From the NCBI GenBank assembly GCA_002269645.1, contig NIVC01004819.1, positions 1-34,237 of the forward strand: 34,237 bases of DNA, written 5' to 3'. The translations under genes were made by a program, and so were the position numbers. This DNA is from Macrostomum lignano. Taxonomy: Eukaryota. Positions 30,979-34,237 of this stretch are shown piece after piece. Each line of letters begins with the position of its first letter. Positions within the stretch are counted from its first letter, which is position 1. Below the pieces are notes generated by a model. That model saw only the letters and a list, made by a program, of their open reading frames with translations. It had not been told where the DNA came from and searched no databases.

Positions 30979-32714
30979 TCTGTTTCTAATATAGTATAAT
31001 TTTTTTTTCAAGGAGCTAGTATAGTATGTATTGACATACTTTTTTGGAGAAACATTTTCTGTGTTATTTGTTATGTTTCTATGCCCTATATCATAAAAGT
31101 TGTAATAAATAAATACATATAGAAATTTAACATTTGAAAATGAAGTTAAAAGTTAAAGTGAGATTAGAAAATTTGCCACAAAAATTTGTATGTCATATGC
31201 TCCAAAGACCTTAATATAGGCCCCCTATATTATTGTATTATATCATTATACTTTATTATTATATTAGATAAATTATAGACTGAATGATAAGACACCAAGA
31301 ATTTCAAAGTCTTATAAAATCTCATCCAAGCTTCTTAAACTAAATAGTTAGAATACCAACAATGGTGGAATGATAAATCCATAGTTCATTAGAATTATTA
31401 CTCTTAAATGTTTTATCATTTTTTAACTTTTTTAGTGACACAAAAATTGATATTCTTGTCAACTAGATTTTTTAGGTTGCTAATGTATAGCCTTTAGACC
31501 AAAACATTTGAAAATTTGATTTAAAATCAAAGTTTAAGAGCCATTCACAGAGTCAGCTAGCTTGATCCAGCATAAATCAGACCAAACAAATTTTCCACTG
31601 TCTAGGATATAGCTTGATAGTTCAAGTGATACATTTAACTAACTAACTAAAATAAGTAAAAAGGCACCTCAGCCATTAAAAAGGCTCTTACGCCACTAGT
31701 AATGAATTAGGTTCCAGGTTGGGAGTGTACTAATGTACACTAGGTTCATAAGCTAGGCTAAGAGAAACTATAGCCATCAAGCCAAGCAGGCGACACCAGT
31801 TGGGCTGAGGGTGGGCCTTACCCCCTACCATCGAGGCGTCGCACCTACTCCAAGCTCAAATCAAAACCTCCCTGGGGCTAGAGAGGGTTAAGTAAACCAA
31901 TCAGGGAAGCCCGTGCCTTCTCCTGGATTAGTAAAGCCAAAAAACTAGTCATATGACCGCCCCCACAGCCATGGCAACCCAAAGGAGCCTCTCCCCACTA
32001 ACCCCGGGTACTCTTGCCAAGACAGTCTCTTATCTTTGAAGCCGCAGGAGGGCTAATTGCTGGGACTATTTCACCCTTTGCTTCGCCAACCTGCCATTTA
32101 TATTAGGCCATGCCAACAGCCCCATCCTGGTCAGACTCAGTCCTGGTTTTGGCACACTCTAGCTTTAAAAGGGTCGCTGGCTGTTCGCTCAGAGGACACT
32201 CCGAGGGGGACCGTCAGAGCATCAACTGGAACAGGTATAGGCCTGCCTTCCTATACAGCTACCCACAGCCCTTCCTAATCCACTATTACCCTCCAACCTA
32301 GCCTACTAACTCATTACAAGCTTTCAGCCAGGCAGAGGTACTGCCACGTCAGGGTCAGGGGTACTGCAGTGTCAGGGGTACTGCGGTTAGATGTCTCTAT
32401 GCGAGACAAAACCAGACAAAAATGATACATTTTTACAGATTTACTTATGAACTATGGACCACTCAAGTATTAGTGTAGGAAGTGTTATTTTTTATTTACT
32501 GAATTATGTATTACTATTAGTAGGCCTAGCAATTTCCCAAGTTCTGTCAAAGTTATAGACATAAAATACATAATGTTCATGCTAGTAATTTCTAATATAA
32601 ACCAATATAGAGATACTAAAAATGCAGGATAACATAAACTTTGCTGATAGTTTTTTCATAAACTTTTATTTTAATCTACAGCTCTGTTAATGACTTCATT
32701 ACATTCCATTTTAG

Positions 32715-32864
32715 ACCATTCAACAAGATCCACTGATTCGTTACATTGCTAATGAGTTCAAGCGGCATCAAGCTACTCAGGAAATTAATTGCAAAGCTCA
32801 AAATGAGGCTTCTTATTTAGCCAGCACATATTTGTCCTACCTGACTAGTTGTCAGAAGCATCAG
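32715..32864 (+). CDS. FMC1: FMC1 homolog, exon 2
   Basis: TTTTAG acceptor, GTTAGT donor, 50 codons: TIQQDPLIRYIANEFKRHQATQEINCKAQNEASYLASTYLSYLTSCQKHQ. Aligns with recalled human FMC1 YRYLVKAFRAHRVTSEKLCRAQHELHFQAATYLCLLRSIRKH. Confidence 0.85.
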
Positions 32865-33286
32865 GTTAGTTGTGCTGATTTTCTATTAAACCGTAAAAAT
32901 TGTTTCAATGGGAAGATTCGCTAAACAGAACTCACAATGGCAACTGTTGGAGAGGCGACTGTTGAGTCACGAGTTCATCGCGTGAGTTGCAGAATCGTAG
33001 AAAACGATTGCAAAAAAGTTGACCAAAAGTCGCTTTGTTAGCGCTTAACTTTCTACTGACTCAAGTAGACTAAATAGAGTTTTTACAAATGCAAAATGCG
33101 ATTCTAATTCATAGAGTGACGCAGATGCGCAACTCAAGTGATTCCACAGCGACCATTTTCATCGGGTGAACAGTAAAAGCAAGCCTCTCCATCAAACACA
33201 ATACTAATTTGTATTTTAGATAGATAAGCAAATTACTTTCAACCTTAAATCCAAATTCAAATCCAATTATATATTAACTATTGCAG

Positions 33287-33382
33287 TCGCTGATTGACAC
33301 CTACGGCGCCAAAGGTGAACGCACGACCAAGCAGGCTGCTCGATTAGTTGGTCTAGACGTTCCTGACACACCTAGCCAGTGA
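33287..33382 (+). CDS. FMC1: FMC1 homolog, exon 3 (terminal)
   Basis: TTGCAG acceptor; SLIDTYGAKGERTTKQAARLVGLDVPDTPSQ* matches the recalled FMC1 C-terminal GKGERSVEESAGLVGLKLP motif. Confidence 0.87.
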   Translation, partial: SLIDTYGAKGERTTKQAARLVGLDVPDTPSQ

Positions 33383-33757
33383 TTCGCGGGGACTTAAACA
33401 TCTATATTGTTGAAGAAACTGACTTATTACTAAATAATTAGCCTGTTGAAAGTTAGAAAACTGTATTATTTAACCGAAATATCAAATAAAACTGTTAGTA
33501 TCGATACTTATTGTCACTTTTTTGTTTTGTGTTTCAAACTTGACGAATTCTGATTTCAATTATTCTTAGTCGCATTTCTACGAGTAGTTTACCTAGTTGT
33601 TAGCTGAGCTTTGCTTTGTGTGTAACACTCAAGGTCAAAACTTAAAACTTCCATCTGGCTATTAGTTAATAACAGACTGTGTTTACATTGTTCAAGTTCT
33701 AACTCGCCTTGTTGTTTAAAATTGTTTCAAAAGAATAATTTAAGTTAAGATGGTCTA

Positions 33758-33903
33758 TGATAGATTCACAGATAGATAGATAGATAGATATATAGATAGA
33801 TAGATAGATAGACAGATAGATAGACAGATAGATAGATAGATAAATAGACAGATAGATAGACAGATAGATAGATAGATAAATAGACAGATAGATAGATAGA
33901 TAG

Positions 33904-33957
<54 letters not shown>

Positions 33958-34003
33958 CACAGATAGATAGATAATAGGTAGATACATAGATAGATAGATA
34001 GAC

Positions 34004-34045
<42 letters not shown>

Positions 34046-34063
34046 ATAGACAGATAGATAGAC

Positions 34064-34096
<33 letters not shown>

Positions 34097-34099
34097 CAC

Positions 34100-34157
<58 letters not shown>

Positions 34158-34237
34158 ATAGACAGATAGATAGACAGATAGATAGATAAATAGACAGACA
34201 GATAGATAGATAGATACAGGTAGATGGATAGATAGAT
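33758..34237. repeat. Interrupted (GATA)n microsatellite running off the window end
   Basis: GATA units with GACA, AATA and TACA variants. Confidence 0.97.

Overview
This is eukaryotic (animal, probably invertebrate) genomic DNA, not prokaryotic, and it contains no CRISPR array. Genes: (1) two spliced exons of a Kelch-repeat protein on the minus strand (4715-4268 and 3570-3013, joined in frame by a phase-1 GT-AG intron and continuing beyond the window start); (2) an intronless class A peptide-type GPCR (17930-19132) with non-canonical DRY and NPxxY motifs; (3) a three-exon FMC1 (C7orf55-like, mitochondrial complex V assembly factor) gene (29415-33382) absent from the ORF track; (4) a possible orphan exon (23712-24275, minus). 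The rest is mostly transposons and tandem repeats. The most striking is an apparently complete 3.5-kb non-autonomous Helitron (10126-13636: TC start, hairpin plus CTAG end, inserted between A and T). It carries a (TATC)n tract, a tRNA-Cys-like module, a ~1.65-kb 23-bp satellite, repeated decayed 3' ends and a TTAGGG/TTAGG telomere-like array. Two partial relatives lie at 5535-6260 and 14419-15300. Also present: a 2.9-kb TIR element with 2-bp TSD (CMC/EnSpm-like) with a nested SINE, a hAT-type MITE with 8-bp TSD, two tRNA-derived SINE families, two RTE-like LINE fragments, a P-element-like transposase relic, 35-bp and 24-bp minisatellites, and long (TATC)/(GATA) tracts. CpG-rich and CpG-poor blocks alternate, and paired SINE copies show CpG decay directly. 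All calls are by eye; no database searches were run.
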